Source: Callorhinchus milii
Taxonomy: Eukaryota
Assembly (NCBI RefSeq): GCF_018977255.1
Contig: NW_024704743.1
Coordinates: 23,066,001 to 23,130,000, forward strand
DNA: 64,000 nt
Reading direction: 5' to 3'
Shown: positions 63,519 through 64,000 of the stretch, in pieces
Numbering within the stretch: position 1 is the stretch's first letter
Layout of the letters: each line of letters begins with the position of its first letter
Notes under the pieces: model-generated
Seen by the model: the letters and a program-made list of their open reading frames with translations, nothing else
Told to the model about the DNA's origin: nothing
Database searches by the model: none
Translations under genes and position numbers: made by a program

Positions 63519-64000
63519 CTTCTCCCAATTGTACTCAACACTTGGGTTGGGTACCTTCTGATGGTGAGTCTATCATTGGCATTGGCAGTCTGTCCCTGCA
63601 ATAACACTGCCTTCCTCATCAATGATATACAGACAATAGGTACAATCGCCATAGTTAAAAGTCTGCCAGACTGAAACACTACAACTGCAGGAACAACACA
63701 AAGCAAGTGAAGCACAGTGAGTCAATTTGCTTAGGCTGTAACAAGAAATTCTACTCTCTTGATCATGAATTGTTACTTACAATGTGAGGGAATGTGACTT
63801 CACCTACAAATAGTGTGCCAAGATAATGCTGTGCTGGCTATGGATTTTATTAGCATTTCAGGTCACATCATTGTACCCAGGCTTTTCAATTATTGTACAA
63901 TGTTAAGCGAAGTGTACACTGAACAGAAAGACATTTTCTTAATAGAAGTATTAATGATTTCAACAAATGTCACTCTTACAGCAGCCGGACAAGTGAAAGC

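Overview
64 kb of AT-rich, repeat-dense vertebrate genomic DNA; no intact cellular protein-coding gene was recognised. The repeat inventory points to a cartilaginous fish, possibly a chimaera (inference from recalled repeat families, not a database search). It includes two or more CR1 LINE lineages, many L2 LINE 3' fragments, a DeuSINE/SacSINE1-like SINE, an abundant tRNA-Ala-derived SINE with a (TAA)n tail, and Penelope-type terminal repeats. Nearly all supplied ORFs are chance ORFs or LINE ORF2 remnants; the only long one (1052-1873, -) is CR1 ORF2. Most notable: (i) a decayed exon-like fragment at 38721-38847 encoding the DAK2/DhaL motif of triokinase/FMN cyclase (TKFC), NELD...DGDCGT; (ii) two copies of a composite SINE carrying a structured ~250-nt 3' extension with an A-rich tail; (iii) a Penelope-type repeat with a degenerate minimal hammerhead core; (iv) a perfect 40-bp and a ~90-bp long-range inverted duplication; (v) single insertions with clear TSDs (hAT MITE 8 bp, L1/Tx1-like 19 bp, Penelope-type 14 bp); (vi) several TE-free, homeodomain-site-rich blocks resembling conserved non-coding elements. 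Repeat boundaries were read by eye and are approximate unless a TSD is given.
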